NCBI RefSeq assembly: GCF_006345805.1
Contig: NC_043000.1
Location: 35,154,001 to 35,218,000, forward strand
Source of the DNA: Octopus sinensis
Lineage: Eukaryota
Direction: 5' to 3'
DNA length: 64,000 nt
The stretch's first letter is position 1. Each line of letters opens with the position of its first letter. Below, piece by piece: positions 38,721 to 53,599 of the stretch. The position numbers were made by a program, and so were the translations under genes. The notes under the pieces were generated by a model. The model did no database searches and was not told where the DNA came from. It saw nothing but the letters and a program-made list of their open reading frames with translations.

Positions 38721-39827
38721 ATAGTGTTAGCATCCTGCATGGTTGTGTATATGTGACTGTGACTTCATGTATGTAATTTTACATATGTAAAGTGTACCTG
38801 CAGGTAAATGTGTGTGTGTGTGTGTGCATATACACGCGCGCATACACATTAAGTTGCAGTTATTTATTATTCTCACTAGTGTGTAATTAATGTATATAGA
38901 CATGTCTGTCTGTTAGTCACCATTGCCAACATTCCCATCATTGTGACCACAGCAATTGTTGTTGTTGTTATTGTTGTTAGTCCTGTTGTTCTTGTTGTTA
39001 CTGCTGCCACTGCTGCTGCCGCTGCACTCTACTTGTCATTATGGCCATTTTTGCGGCCATTTCTCTGTACCGGTGGTGATGGTCGGTGTTGGTGGTGGTG
39101 GTGGGTGGTGGTAATAGTGTTAGGGGTTGTGTGATGTAGTGGTGGTGGTGGTGGTGGTGGTGATGGATGTGTTACAAAATACTACTACTGCTGCTGCTGC
39201 TACTACTACCACCACCACTACCACTTGAGAGGCAGAGAAAGTGAGGTTTTACTATTTTAGTGGAAGGAATGTTATCGAAAGCATGTGTATGCATATACAT
39301 ATATGCATGTGTGTGTGTGCGTGTGTGTGTGTGTGTGCGCACACATCATGCAAGCATGGAAAAATGGAGGTTAAATGATGATGATTATGATGATGATGAT
39401 GATGATGATGACACGAATATATTTGTGTGTGTGACTGTGTAGAAATATATATATATGTATGTATGTATAAATAAATATACAAATACATATGCACACACAG
39501 ACACACATAAATCGTTGATATACTCACGACAACATATATAATAATCAATACTGTCTCTATCTAACCATACACACACTCACACACACACACACATATATGT
39601 GTATGTATATACACACGCACATGCACACGTGTGTGTGTGTGTAGTCAATGACCACTACATTACATTAAATACTTTATATCTCCTGGTTTCCTCAATTGCC
39701 AACAACAACAACACTGCCACCACCACCATCATCATCATCATATAAATACAAACAACAACAAGCCACACTGCTGCCAACAGTATTTATAATAGCTGACACT
39801 ATTACCACCACCACCAGATATACATAC

Positions 39828-39890
<63 letters not shown>

Positions 39891-40759
39891 TAGATAGATA
39901 TTTGTGTGTGTGTGTTTGTGCATATATATATATATATATATATAGCTGTATGTGTGTATATGTATATATGTGTATATATATATATATTATATATATATAT
40001 ATTATATATATACATACTTAACACATTATCGACCGACAATCAGATGCTGTTTTACACCGCTACTCACAGTGCTTTTCCAGTTCTTATATATTTGTGTGAG
40101 AGTGTGTCTGCATGTGTGTATTTATATATACACACACACATGTATGTGTGTGTGTGTGGTGTGTATATATATATATATATATGTTTGTGTGTGTGTGTGG
40201 TGTGTATTGATACTTAGGCATACATGCAGGTATGAATGCGTATGTATTTTGTATATAGTGTGTGCATGCACGCGTATGTGTGTAACATGCAGTCAATCTA
40301 TTTCTGTTGTTTTTCTTGATTTTTTGCATCAGTCTTGCTTTTCAGTCCAATACAGCTCAGTAGCTTTGGTTGTTGTTGCTGTTGTCATAGTTGTTAATGA
40401 TGGTATCATCTTTAGTGCTGTCACTGTTAACGATGATGCTGATGATGTTTGTTGATGTTATAAATGTTTGATGTTGACCAGTCATACATGTAGACCAAGC
40501 CAGTCAGTCATATGTAGATGGTGTATTCACTGTCTTAGAGAGGAGAGGGCACAGTGTGTGTGTGTGTGGGGGTGGGGACGAGACCTTTGGTGGTGATAAT
40601 ATTTGTTGTTCTTGTTGTATTGGTGATTGTGATGGGAGAAGTGAAAGGGATCAATCTTGGTAATATTACCAGACAAAGGTAAAATGGTCAGCTAGCAGAA
40701 TTGTTAGCATGCTGAGCAAAATGTTTAGCGGCATTTCGTCCATTAACAATGCCCTTCCT

Positions 40760-41410
40760 GTTGTAAGGAGTGCGTGCATTCTTTTGTGGGTTTCACCTAA
40801 AGTTTGTTGAAGGTCTTTAATAGCTGAAATATTTTCTGGCTCCAAGGAAAAGAGTTGCGATGAAGTATTAGTTAAGGGCAAGTGTTTGCCAGATGCTTGG
40901 TGGGTGAGACCCTGTCATTTGAAGCTCTTGGTAGAGTTTTATGTACATAATGATCATGTTAAAGTGTGGTGTAGTGCAATAATGTTTAATTGATATGAGT
41001 GATGCCTGTGGTTTTTTTTTTTTTTTTTGGCTATTGAAAGAGACAAAGTTGTCCTGGCCTCACTAAAATTTGTTGAGGGTCTTTAATAGCTGAAATATTT
41101 TCTGGCTCAGTGGAAATTTGACCTGAGAGAAGATAAGGAGGGAATGAAGGGTAGTATCACCTATGTATGATGCATTCTTGGACATGATTGCAAGTAAGTC
41201 ATTGATGTATTGAAAGAAGCGAGTGGAGACAAAACCCAAATGCTGGGACATTTGATATTTGATAGAATGCTGGTCAGTGCTTCGTCAACTCACATCACAA
41301 TAGCATGACCTGATAGGAAGATACCAGTTCAAGAGATGAGGAATGGATGGAGCCAATGAGGAGGTAGTTTTGATGAGCAGCATGTCCCACACTCGGGCAT
41401 AGTTGAAAAA
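40760..41410 (-). mobile_element. CR1/L2/Jockey-group LINE reverse-transcriptase remnant
   Basis: FNYARVWDMLLIK (AFD.VWH..LL.K) and FFQYINDLL...SYIGDTTLHS (YINDL..YADDTTL), decayed. Confidence 0.7.
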
Positions 41411-41994
41411 TTCTTCAACGTGTGTTTATATACATGCACACATATAAAATGTATTTACACACACACACACACACACAATCTAATGACTGAAACAAGTAAA
41501 AGATAAACGCTATAAAATGAGCACTCACTTCTGGGTGCATGCTTACTGATATCTGAAACAGCTGTAAGCTAATCAAAGCAATTATGTAATTTGGGTTCTT
41601 TTGTCATTCCTTAAATAATTTCACTCTCTGTATTAAGCCTGAAGCTTTACTGTAAAATAGATTAGAGTTCTAGCATCTAGTTATTAGTATTGCTATTGCC
41701 AAGTGAAATCAATATATATAAATACACACACACACACGCACACACGTATGTGTGTGTGTGTTACTATGTCATCTTGACACTGTATGACAGTTTTAAGCAA
41801 GTGTCACCATCATCAAAACAGGTGCCCTTTATTTCCAATTTCCCCTGAAGAAATAACTGGCCGTGGGGAGATATTACCCATGACAAGCTTTTTTCACTTT
41901 CCATAATGTTAAAGACAACATGCAGCAAATTTCTTACCACACAGCCACACATGTGCACACACACACACAAAATCTGTATTATATATATATATAT

Positions 41995-42090
<96 letters not shown>

Positions 42091-42152
42091 GCATACACAT
42101 AAACAATTGTATGTATTATATTTATATATAGGACATCATCATCATCTTTTAA

Positions 42153-43330
42153 CCCTCGCCGTATTGATTAAATTTTTGCATACTGACATGCAGCTACTGA
42201 ATTAATTCGTTAAAATTGGCTGAAATTGACTTTCCTAAGTTATTTGCACAAATACAAACTAAAACCTGTTTTTTGATCCCAATCAGTAATTCTTGTACTC
42301 AAATATAATACCTTGCTTCACATACAACAATCAAACATTTGTGTGTTGTATAAGGAATCATTAAAGCCAGCATCATAAGGGTCAGTCAGTCTGATTCAGA
42401 ACTGCAATCATTGTTCGTCAAGTGAACCAGTGGATGTGGTATCTCTCAAAGCAGGTATCAATGGATTTCCAGTGGTTTTTCACACACTCTTAGCGCCTGT
42501 ATCTTGGTTCTACATGCTTGCACAAAGTACTGGGTTTATCAGGTGAAGAAAAAGACTCAGCCATCTTTTCACAGTTTTTCTTTTGAAGGTTCAAATATTT
42601 ACATATTTGGTCAGTGATCAGCATTTCCCATGTGGTCAACTTTGTTTGTAATTGACATAGTTGTCATCAATACAGATTTTTCTAAACTGTTTCCTAAAAA
42701 CAGCATAATAAGGGCCCAGATGTGCCTCAGGTTTCTCACTACCAGGATCAGGATTATAGTTATCACCCAAATACACATCAAAGTCACATGTGTAGCCCAA
42801 CTAATTTTCATACAACAGAATTTGATTCTAAAACTTTATAGCTTTTGGGGAATATTCTGTGTAAATTTCAAGTATCCTTTCAAGAGTACCATACCTTCAT
42901 CAATGCACTGGGTTTTTCCATGGCAGTAAACATTATGTAACCAGGATGTGATAACGTTGTAGATCAGCCTCTAAACAGGATCATAAATGGGGTGTCATTC
43001 CTTTCATGGAAATGATGACTTTATGAATCTATCCTCCAAATGCCAGTGTACACTCAATTTTGTCTATGGTCTGGTATACACCATGTGCTCGCTTGTCTAT
43101 CATCCCCACCCACCACCTGGACATTGTCAAGCCAAGAAATTTCCTCTCTCCATCTTTGCAAGTGTCACACCATGAAGTCATATGAGCATGGACTTTTGAT
43201 TCTTCTAATAAACTGATTTGATGGAAGTATTGATTGGTTTCAGTTTGCAATTAGTTCATATTTTGTGTTTTTTCATGAAAAAAGATTGAATGAAATATGG
43301 GTTCTACCATGGGACCAGTTCAGCTGCATA
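42153..43330 (-). mobile_element. piggyBac transposon remnant (PGBD-like transposase pseudogene)
   Basis: TTAA|CCCT end at 42149-42156. Minus-strand motifs ETNQY, W.DT..GERKFLGL, GKTQCIDEGMVLLKGYLKFTQNIPQK, GYTCDFDVYLG, IDDNY, and the C-terminal CFERYH. Confidence 0.88.
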
Positions 43331-44196
43331 GAGTTATTAACCTGAAGTAATAGCATTCCTAACTCTGCCAAACTGCTTCTAATTATTAGCTGCTACACAT
43401 TCAGAACAACTTCCTCCTCCTCCTCCCAGCTAATTTGGTCCCCTAGGTAGCAGAAACTGTCTAAGGCCACCCCTGGATATTTAAGGAAGTCTATTTCTTG
43501 TACAATCTAAGTGTTTATAATTCCTGCACATCTGCCTCATGCGAAAACTTCTTTCTCTGTTAACCACTCACTGCACCATAGCTTGCATTGGGTACCTACA
43601 TCTTTTGAGGCCATTTCCCTGAAGGTATTAGTAAGTCTGCTTTGCAACTATATGGTTCCTGGTTCAGTCCCACTATGTGGCACCTCAGGCCTGAGTCTTC
43701 TACTATAAACCTGGGCTGACCAATGCCTTGTGAGTGAAGTTGGGTGAAGGAAACTGTGTGGAAGTCCATATGTATATTTGTGTGTCTTTGTGTTTGTTCC
43801 CAATCTCACTGCTTGACAACTGGTTTTGATTTGTTTATTTCCCTGTGATTTTGTGGTTCAGCAAAAGAAATTGTCTAAATATGTTCCAGGTTTAAAAAAG
43901 AATTATTCAGCTAAACCTTCCATGAGTGCACTGTCCTTGCCTGGCCTCTGACCAATGACTGAAGTAAAAGATAATTTATATATATATGACGTTTCTATCC
44001 ATTTCTATTTCTAAAATGTGCTCATAAGACTTTTGTCAGCCCATAGCTTGAGTAGAAGACACATGACTATGATTTTATGCTGTAAAACTGAAGGCAAAGC
44101 AATGTTAATGGGTATCAAATGTTTTAAACACACGGCTGTGCCTACTCCTCACATATGATATAAATATATGTAAGGCACATACATAATGCATATATA

Positions 44197-44599
44197 TACT
44201 CTTTACTCTTTTACTTGTTTCAGTCATATGACTGCGGCCATGCTGGAGCACCGCCTTTAGTCGAGCAAATCGACCCCAGAACTTATTCTTTGTAAGCCCA
44301 GTACTTATTCTATCGGTCTCTTTTGCCGAACCGCTAAGTGACGGGGACGTAAACAGACCAGCATCAGTAGTCAAGCAATGCTAGAGGGACAAACACAGAC
44401 ACACAAACATATACATATATATATATACATATATACGACAGGCTTCTTTCGGTTTCCGTCTACCAAATCCACTCACAAAGCTTTGGTCGGCCCTAGGCTA
44501 TAGCAGAAGACACTTGCCCAAGATGCCATGCAGTGGGACTGAACCCGGAACCATGTGGTTGGTTAGCAAGCTACTTACCACACAGCCACTCCTGCTCCT
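44197..44599 (-). mobile_element. SINE family A, young full-length copy
   Basis: Nearly identical to 16051-16470. Confidence 0.88.
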
Positions 44600-44744
44600 A
44601 TATATATATATGTAAAACAGAAGAAAAGAAAATGGAGATTGAGAAGTTAAAAAATTTTTAGTATTAACAGCAATTTTTTAGTATTAATCATCATCCTTTA
44701 TATGCACATATATGCATATGTATATATAATTTACTGTAAATATA

Positions 44745-44779
<35 letters not shown>

Positions 44780-44781
<2 letters not shown>

Positions 44782-45570
44782 TGTCTTCAGGCTGGATTTG
44801 ACAGTTTGGTTAAACAAAAAGAAAACACAAAATCCCATGTAAAAATTGAAGTATTTTGAAAATTATGAAGAAATCAAGTGTATTATGGCCGAGAGGTAAG
44901 TTTACTTAGCTTCCATTATGGCTTCAGAGATGACTCTGGAACCTAGCAGCACATGCATTATTCGTTGTATCTCTGAAATCTTTGAACTCCACCTTAATCT
45001 TAAGCACAAGATTGTCCTTGGTGTTGCAGGCAGAGCAGCTGGTGCCTTTCTCAACCGTGATCTACACATGGTAATCTGCAGGGTAACAATCTCAGGAGAA
45101 TTAGGAGATCAAAAATTGGGGCTGGTGAAGTTGTAGAAATTCTCTGACAACTGCTTTTTACTCTTTCTGGTGGTATGGCAAGGAGTCAAATCCTTCTGCC
45201 ACACATATGGCCTTCTAACAGCAACACTCTCCAGGCAGGGTTTGACCACAACCTCCAGCAGCTTCATATAGCTATCTGAAATGAGCGGAAGGCTCTGTTC
45301 AAAGATGTTAGGTGGCACGATGCCTCCCTTACTGGAGACACAACCAAGGAGCATTCCAGTTAAAGGGAATTTGGTTTTCGCGATGCCCATGCCCTGTCTT
45401 ACAGCCTTTATGATGTTCACAGAGCATTGAGCAGCGGTCATGATGCTGGCATTTTGATACCCAGCATCAATTATCATGATACAGCTAACTCTTTCCCTAT
45501 ATTCAAAGATGCGTCCAGTCCTCCATGTCACCTGTTCCTAAAAAAAAAAATCAAAAAAAATCAGCTTTAT
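44780..45570 (-). mobile_element. Internally deleted maT/DD37D mariner-like transposon
   Basis: LGCVSSKGGIVPPNIFEQ, KLLEVVVKPCLE, RPYVWQKDLTPCH, SENFYNFTSPNF*SPNSPD.YPADYHV. There are 37 residues between the 2nd and 3rd D after correcting a 2-nt insertion. Confidence 0.8.
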
Positions 45571-46562
45571 CCTGAAATACGTGCGTGTGTGTGTGTATAT
45601 ATGCATATGTATTTGTATACATGTGTATATGCATTGTGTATATATATGTGTACATGTATTCGTGTATATATATATATGTTTGTGTGTGTATATATGTAGT
45701 GTATGTATATATGAATATGTAGGTATATATAAATACATGTGTGTATGTATATGTGTATCTATATATATATAATTCTATACCTTTGAAGGAAAATATATAT
45801 ATAAATGTGTGTGTGTGTATATATATATGTATATATATGTGTATATGTGTGTGTGCATGTATATATGTATAATTCTATACCTTTCAATACATATATATAT
45901 ATATATAATTCTATTCCTTTGAATATATATATATATATATATATATGTATAATATGTATTATAAATCTGTGTATATGTTTGTGCAGATATATCTGGTTTA
46001 TGTATCTACACATACACACACATATATAAATGTGTGTGTGTGTGTGTGTGCACGCGCTTGAACATATAAGAGCAACTGTTTTCTTTATTTTCCTTTCTGT
46101 TGCATGTTGTAGTAATTACTGCTAAAACCATTTCTAGTTATTTGTCTATGAAGGTCTAGTCACGTTAGTACTGCTGCTGTTGTTGTTGTTGTTGTTGTTG
46201 TTGTCCAGTCTACTGTTAGATTCCTCCTACAACATCAGGGTCCCTTGTCTCCTTGGTGATAGGACAGATATGAAAACAGTTCTGCTTGGTGTCAACACAA
46301 TCTATTTATGATGTTGGCTAGTGTAAATACTGACTCATCTCACTCTGCACTCTCTCCTCTCTTTATTCAACGCCCCTCTCCTTCTTACTTCTCTCTCTCT
46401 CTCTCTCTCTCTCTTTTTCTTCCCTTACCACTCCTTTGTCTATACATCTCTTCCTTTCTGTCAATATCTCTCTTCCTCTCTTTATAAACACAGGCACACA
46501 TACACATACACTCACATGCACATAGTGAAACAAATGAAAGGCTACTTGTGTATGTATATAAA

Positions 46563-46617
<55 letters not shown>

Positions 46618-47069
46618 CTACATAGATGTACACACACACACACACATACACACACACACGCTCGCGCACGCACACATATGCACAGGCACATATTTTCTTT
46701 TCTGTTATGAAAGTAACACATTCTGTAAATAAAAGCCAAAAACTCCACCTGATATACACTCTCTTATTCTCTCTCCTGCTTTTCTTACTTATTTTTCTCT
46801 CTCTCAAGGGAGGGGGTGTTTCTTTTTGTTTGTGTTATTCCTCCCTCTACTGCCATTCCAAAACTTCTCCCTCTGTCTTTCTTGAAGTCCTCTCTCTCTC
46901 TCTCTCTCCCCTACCCCCATACCTTCCAACCTATATCCCTAGGCTCCCTTCCACCTCCTCTCTCACTATTTACCCCCACAACTTCCACTTAGATACTGTT
47001 TACTCTTCTTTGGTCTCTGGCTCTGGCCACTAGCCTGACTGACTGAAAATATACACTGCAGCCATTCCT

Positions 47070-47120
<51 letters not shown>

Positions 47121-47796
47121 TTCTAAGATGGTTTTTCATTTCTTCTGTCCATCTGTCTGTTTGACTGTCAGTTTCTCTGTCTGCCTGCCTGCCTGATTCT
47201 CTGTCTGGCTGTCAGCCAGTCAGTCTGTGCCTATGTCTCAATCCAGTTGTCTGTTTGTCTGTCTGCCTGTCTGGCTAGCAAACTAGCTGGCAGGCTGTCT
47301 GGCTGGCTGGCTGGCTTTCATGGCCAGTCAGCTGGATGAAGGTTATGGATGGACAGAAAGTTACATGGACGATAACAGATGACTGAGTAGCCATTATCAA
47401 ACATTTCCTAAGTCTCCTTTCTTTCTGCAGAATTATGGTACCACCAGTTTTAGACAGGTAGTGTACTTTTACTTTCAACAAACTTTCCTTTTTTCTCTAC
47501 AGCCTCCAACTCCTACCACCAATCTTATACCATGGGAAAGATTTGTGGTGGTGTAGGGGCTGGGGTTGGGGGGTGGGGGCATTGGTCACTCAAATCTTTG
47601 GGAATCTTTTTTTGTTTCATGTATTTTGTTCTGTTGTTGTTTATGCATCTTTTTTTTTTTTATGAACAGGAATATTTTCATACTTTGTAAATTCTCTTCA
47701 ACGTGTAATCTTTTTGGATTTTTTTTTGCATAAATATAAATTCTATGCATATTAACATACCTGAACATGCATGCCCATAGTTACAACTACACATCG

Positions 47797-47834
<38 letters not shown>

Positions 47835-48234
47835 ATATTTAAAATGATTTTTGTTATATCTATTTAGTTATATACACCCACCAAACAATACTGTTTGTGT
47901 GTAATATCTGATGAAATACCGTGAATTTCAAATATACTTACAAATATATTTCTTCTGCAGAAACCAAAACCTAATTGCCTGTTAATTTCATAGTGATATT
48001 TCAATTAAATTTTCATTAAACACTAAAGGAAAGTTTAATTTTTTTTATATATATGTTCTCATTCCCACTTTTACTGCTTCACTTCCATATACACAATTTA
48101 TTATTTCATAAACCCATCTTTTATTTACTTTTCTGACGAACTCTGGTTTGTTTTCAGTTTTTTTATTATAACGAAAAATAGGCTATAATTTTAACTGTGT
48201 GTGTGTGTGTGTATAAATGTGTGTGAATACTAAT

Positions 48235-48470
48235 GTGTATGTATGTATGTTTGTGTGTGTATATAAATATTTGTGTGTCTGTGTGTCACAATACTTATGT
48301 ATGTATGTATGTGTATGTATGTATGTTTGTGTGTGTATATAAATATTTGTGTGTCTGTGTGTCACAATACTTATGTATGTATGTATGTGTATGTATGTAT
48401 GTTTGTGTGTGTATATAAATATTTGTGTGTCTGTGTGTCACAATACTTATGTATGTATGTATGTGTTTGT
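48235..48470. repeat. 76-bp tandem repeat, 3 copies
   Basis: CACAATAC recurs at 48287, 48363 and 48439. Confidence 0.9.
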
Positions 48471-48669
48471 TTGTGTGTGTGTGTGTGTGTATATGATACA
48501 CACACATGTACACATGCACATATGTCACCACGAGTGCATGATGTGCAGACTAGTGGGTTTTTTAAAAATTCTTAAATGGTTTATAAGTTTATATCTCATG
48601 TCACATGTTAACTTTTCTACTTAATTGCTATCCTGTTTGGTCACTGAAAGTAGGGGGTAATTTGTTTAG

Positions 48670-48712
<43 letters not shown>

Positions 48713-48883
48713 ATATATGTGTAATTAGTGTGTGCATGTATGTATGTGGGTGTTTGTATGCATATGAATATCTGAATATATGTGTGTGTGTGTGTAAATA
48801 TAGGTGAGTGTGTATAACCGCTCAGAAAGTTACCATTGGTTTCATGTTTACTATTGCACTTTTGTATGTGTATATATATACTG

Positions 48884-48958
<75 letters not shown>

Positions 48959-49429
48959 TTATATATGTAGCTAATATACATTAACAATAAAGGCTTCTCC
49001 CCGGCATAGTTGTCTGACTGTAATAGATAGTTGTACGACTTAGTACACGTGAGCAAATGAAGTTATTCACAGTTAGAAATGAATGCAGAATTTTGATTAA
49101 ACTTGACAGCAAACTTCTACAAATAATTCTCATCAATTGATACGTTTTATCTTTAACTTCTCTGATACTTTTAAATATACTTTTCCTACATTTTTGTTAC
49201 TACATGTTAAAAAAAATCTCCCCCCTCCCAACACCTCTCTGTCACTCACACATATTTGTATGGGGATATATATGTATGTGTGTGTGTGTGTGTGTGGATA
49301 TGTATGCGCATGTATGTGTGTATCTGTGTGTATGCATATTTATCTCTCTGTACATAAATATATACATAAATATGTATATATGTGTGTGCGTGTGCTTGTA
49401 TGAATATACATGTGTGTGTGTGTATTTGT

Positions 49430-49780
49430 GTTAGATAGGCCTTGAATACTGGAATCGTCTTCAAAAGTTCAAACTTTATTCTCTCCATTGCCATCATGAG
49501 CGCCAATATTATTTGTACAATGTGGAAAATATTCCCAAAAAGTTTACGAATCATCCAAGGTTTGACCCTTAGAGCCACGTGCCCCTACAAAAATCAAACT
49601 CCCATCACATCACCACAATACGGCTTGGTTTTTTTACTCCAAATCGTTCTGCCCTATTCAACCAAACATCATGATAGAAGTCAAAGGAGAAAATGGTACC
49701 TGGATAAATTTGTTTAAGAAATACCGGACAAACCACTATCAAACTGGATATATCTCAGCAGACAGCGCCTCCCTATTTGA
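49430..49780 (+). mobile_element. 3' end of an L2/CR1-group LINE ORF2
   Basis: LDKFV*EIPDKP...GYISADS.SL resembles the FK..LDKFL..IPDQP...SNSL terminus. Confidence 0.5.
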
Positions 49781-50004
49781 ATGAGTTATGATGTCCTGAA
49801 ATATGTCTTAAAACACTGCCCCATGTAGTTAGACAAGGCCTGGACCAATAATGGGCAAAATCTAAGTTGACCCTCTGTCAAGTGTTTTGCATTTGGAAGG
49901 ACACCTAGCTGTAGAAATCATGAAAAATGTTGAATAATGATATATACACATGTTGCTTTGTGTATATAATGTCTGTCTATCTATCTATCTATCTACCTAT
50001 GGTG

Positions 50005-50058
<54 letters not shown>

Positions 50059-51921
50059 GTATATATATATGTCAATATGCCTATATAAATATATTCTGAA
50101 TATACGTACATACAGCATACGTGTGTGTGTGTGTGTATGTACATGTACACGATCTACACATAGTGTGTGCGATATAAGTTTTTGAGTCGGTGTGAAACTT
50201 TGCAAGTGTGTATGAAGTACTTTGATGCCCCCCCTCCTCCCCAAAAAGAGCTGGAGTTTAATGCTGTGCAAGATCCCTACTAGGCCCTGTATAATTGATT
50301 TCTTTTTACCTGTTTCAGTCATTTGGTTGTGGCCACGCTGGGCCTCTCTACCTGGAAGGCTTTTCTTACTTCAGCAAATCAACTTCAGTCATAGTGTCAC
50401 TTCTTCATTCATGTCTGTTTTGCCAAACTGCTAAATTATAGGAATGTAACGAACCTACACCCGCTGTCAAGTTTGGAGACATAAACATGTACCCACATGC
50501 ATTCTCAAATGTGTGTGTATACATGAATATGTATATATATATGTATATATATATACATAGAAACACTGCCAGGTCAGACTGGAGCCTGGTGCAGCCTCCT
50601 GGCTTCCCAGATCCCCGGTTGAACCGTCCAACCCATGCTAGCATGGAGAACGGACGTTAAATGATGATAATGATGATGATGATATATATATATATATATG
50701 TATATAAATATATATATATATATATATCTGTGTGTGCGTGTGTGTATATATCTGTAATGACATACATGTTACATGTATGTCATTACAGATTAAGAGTCAC
50801 AAAGTTATATATGTAGAAAAATGTATATAATCTCCATAATCCTTTCAGCTCACAATGACACAACTCAGAATATACACTATATGTATGTGTGTGTGTGTGC
50901 GTATGTGTACACAGATACATACACCTATGTACGCTATATATTTATAAAGTATATTTTTATATGCATATATATATACATGTATACATAGACATTTCTTACA
51001 ATAATAATAGTAATAATAATAATAATAATAATAATATTAATAACGATAATTACTTCATGATGATGATGATCATAATATATACACCCATTTACAAACATAT
51101 ACACATTCACAGACACATATTACAATTATACATACATACATATATATCTGTGATTTATATATAAATTTGTGTGTGTGTGTACGCGTATAAATATATGTTT
51201 ATATACATATATCTCACTATCAATTTTATATATATATATATATATTTATATAAGATAAATTGATAGTGCAATATATGTATATAGAAATATAAACAATGTA
51301 TATATATATATATAAATATAAAATATATATAAAGTGAGTGAGAAAGAAATTTCTATATCCAAGGCTGGGACCTTGTGTGATGGGCCCCCTATACAATCTA
51401 GGATCACAACACATGTAAACACACTGCAACACAATTACCTTTCCTCAACAGGCCCTGCTCCATCTACATTATCCACGAACAAATCAAAAAAGGGACAGGT
51501 CCCATCACCTTCAAAGAATTTCTGGATATATTCATCTTTGTTGATGAGAACTCCCTGGGCCATGATACACAAAACTTGACTTTAAAATGCTATCAATTTA
51601 AACATTGCTTTGGGCAATAGCTACCAGTTGAGCACTAGGGTTGATGTAATCAACTGGCTCCCACCCCACACTTCCTCCAGAATTTCAAGCCTTGTGCCAT
51701 GTAGTTGAAAAGATGATTCTTGGTATAGGGGTTATCCCTGAATTACCCCATGTTGATTACTCCACTACTAAGAATTCTATTTTTACATCCTTTTCTTATA
51801 TCCTCATTGTTGTAGTGTTTTTGTTCGATATAAACCCCGTCAGTTTATGTATCTTGTCCTTTGAGATTGTTCTGAATGTCTTGGGCCCTTGCAGCCAATA
51901 AAAGAAATTATTATTATTATC

Positions 51922-51968
<47 letters not shown>

Positions 51969-52797
51969 TATATTTATTGCTGTTATTATTATCAAGTAAA
52001 AGCTGGCAGAATTGTTAGCACGCTGGACAAAATACTTAGCGGTATTTTGCCTGTCACTGTTCTGAGTTCAAATTCCACTGAGGTTGGCTTTGCCTTTCAT
52101 CCTTTCAGGGTTGATAAATTAAGTGCCAGTGAAACGCTGGAGTCAATTACTTCAACTAGTCCCCTCTCTGAAAACTTCAGACCTTGTGGTCTATAGTAGA
52201 AAAGATTATTATTATTATTATTTTTATTATTATCATGATTATTTATTGGTTGGGTTGCAATTTGGAAAAATCTAATTGTATTTAATAATCAGCTTGGAAC
52301 CATCATGGCCAAAAAACTGCGATTTGAATCCCGTTAGCCAAAATATCAATTATATCTTGTTTTATTTGTAACTCCCTGAATTTCTTTGTTTCTAATGTTT
52401 CAAATAACTGGAATATTCCCCAGTAATGACCCTTTACGCATTCCCAACAATCTCTTTATTTATATCTTCTGTGTTCCTAACTTGTTTTCCTTAAAAATCA
52501 ATTTTTTAATTCCCCCACCACCACCACCACCACCTATTGTTCCTTTGTTAATTGAAACTTTCTTATCTTCCTCCCACCACCGCTCATACACCACCACAGC
52601 ATTGCTAAATTATGGAAATATCTCTGAGCTTTTCTTCTTCTACTATACTCACACACACACACACAGTTACCTATGCACTCATGCACCCACACACACACAC
52701 ACACATGAATACTATTACACATGAAATGCATACATACTGGCACACATGCATACACACACACACACATATATATATATGCTTACACACAGGCACACAT

Positions 52798-52851
<54 letters not shown>

Positions 52852-53599
52852 TTACACACAGGCACACATACATACATACACACACACACATACATATATA
52901 TACATATATATTTATATGCTTACACACAGACACACATGCTTACAGTTACATATATACACACATATGGAGTTAAAATGTAATATCAGAGAGAGAGAGACAG
53001 AGAGGGGTGGGTGGGAGGGAAAGTGACTGAGTGGAATAGGTGAATATGTAAACAATGTTACTGTGAAGGGAGGTGGTGGTGGTGGTGTTGGTGGAGGTGG
53101 TGGTGGTGTGTGAATCTCATTGTTTACAATATACACAGCTTGCTTTTTACAGGATCCCCTTCAAGAGGTGAGCCAGCTCCTGTAGTAGTGTATTTGTGTC
53201 AATGTATGTGGATGTTAGTCAATAGTGTGTATGGCAGCTTCACTGTAGGTATGATGTGGTGGTGGTGGTGGTGGTGGAACAGGCGATGGGAGAAAGGAGA
53301 CAGTTTGGATGCTTACAAGGTTTGTTTATGTGTAAAAGTTTGTTGAAGAGGCAGTAAAAAAACCAGTGTTTTTATTTCTGTGTAACCTAGCTTATCCAGA
53401 AGCAGCAGCTTTTTGGGGTTGGTTTCTCTTGTCATAGAGTCTTGTATCCTGGATGTTTCAATGAAGTACTTCTGTATACAGGGGGCCCCTCTTGTTTATA
53501 TATAGATATATTATATTATATTCTGTGTTAAAATATAGAAATGGTGGCAATTGAAAATTCTGTAAATAATAATAATAATAATTATAAGCTTGTGTTCCT

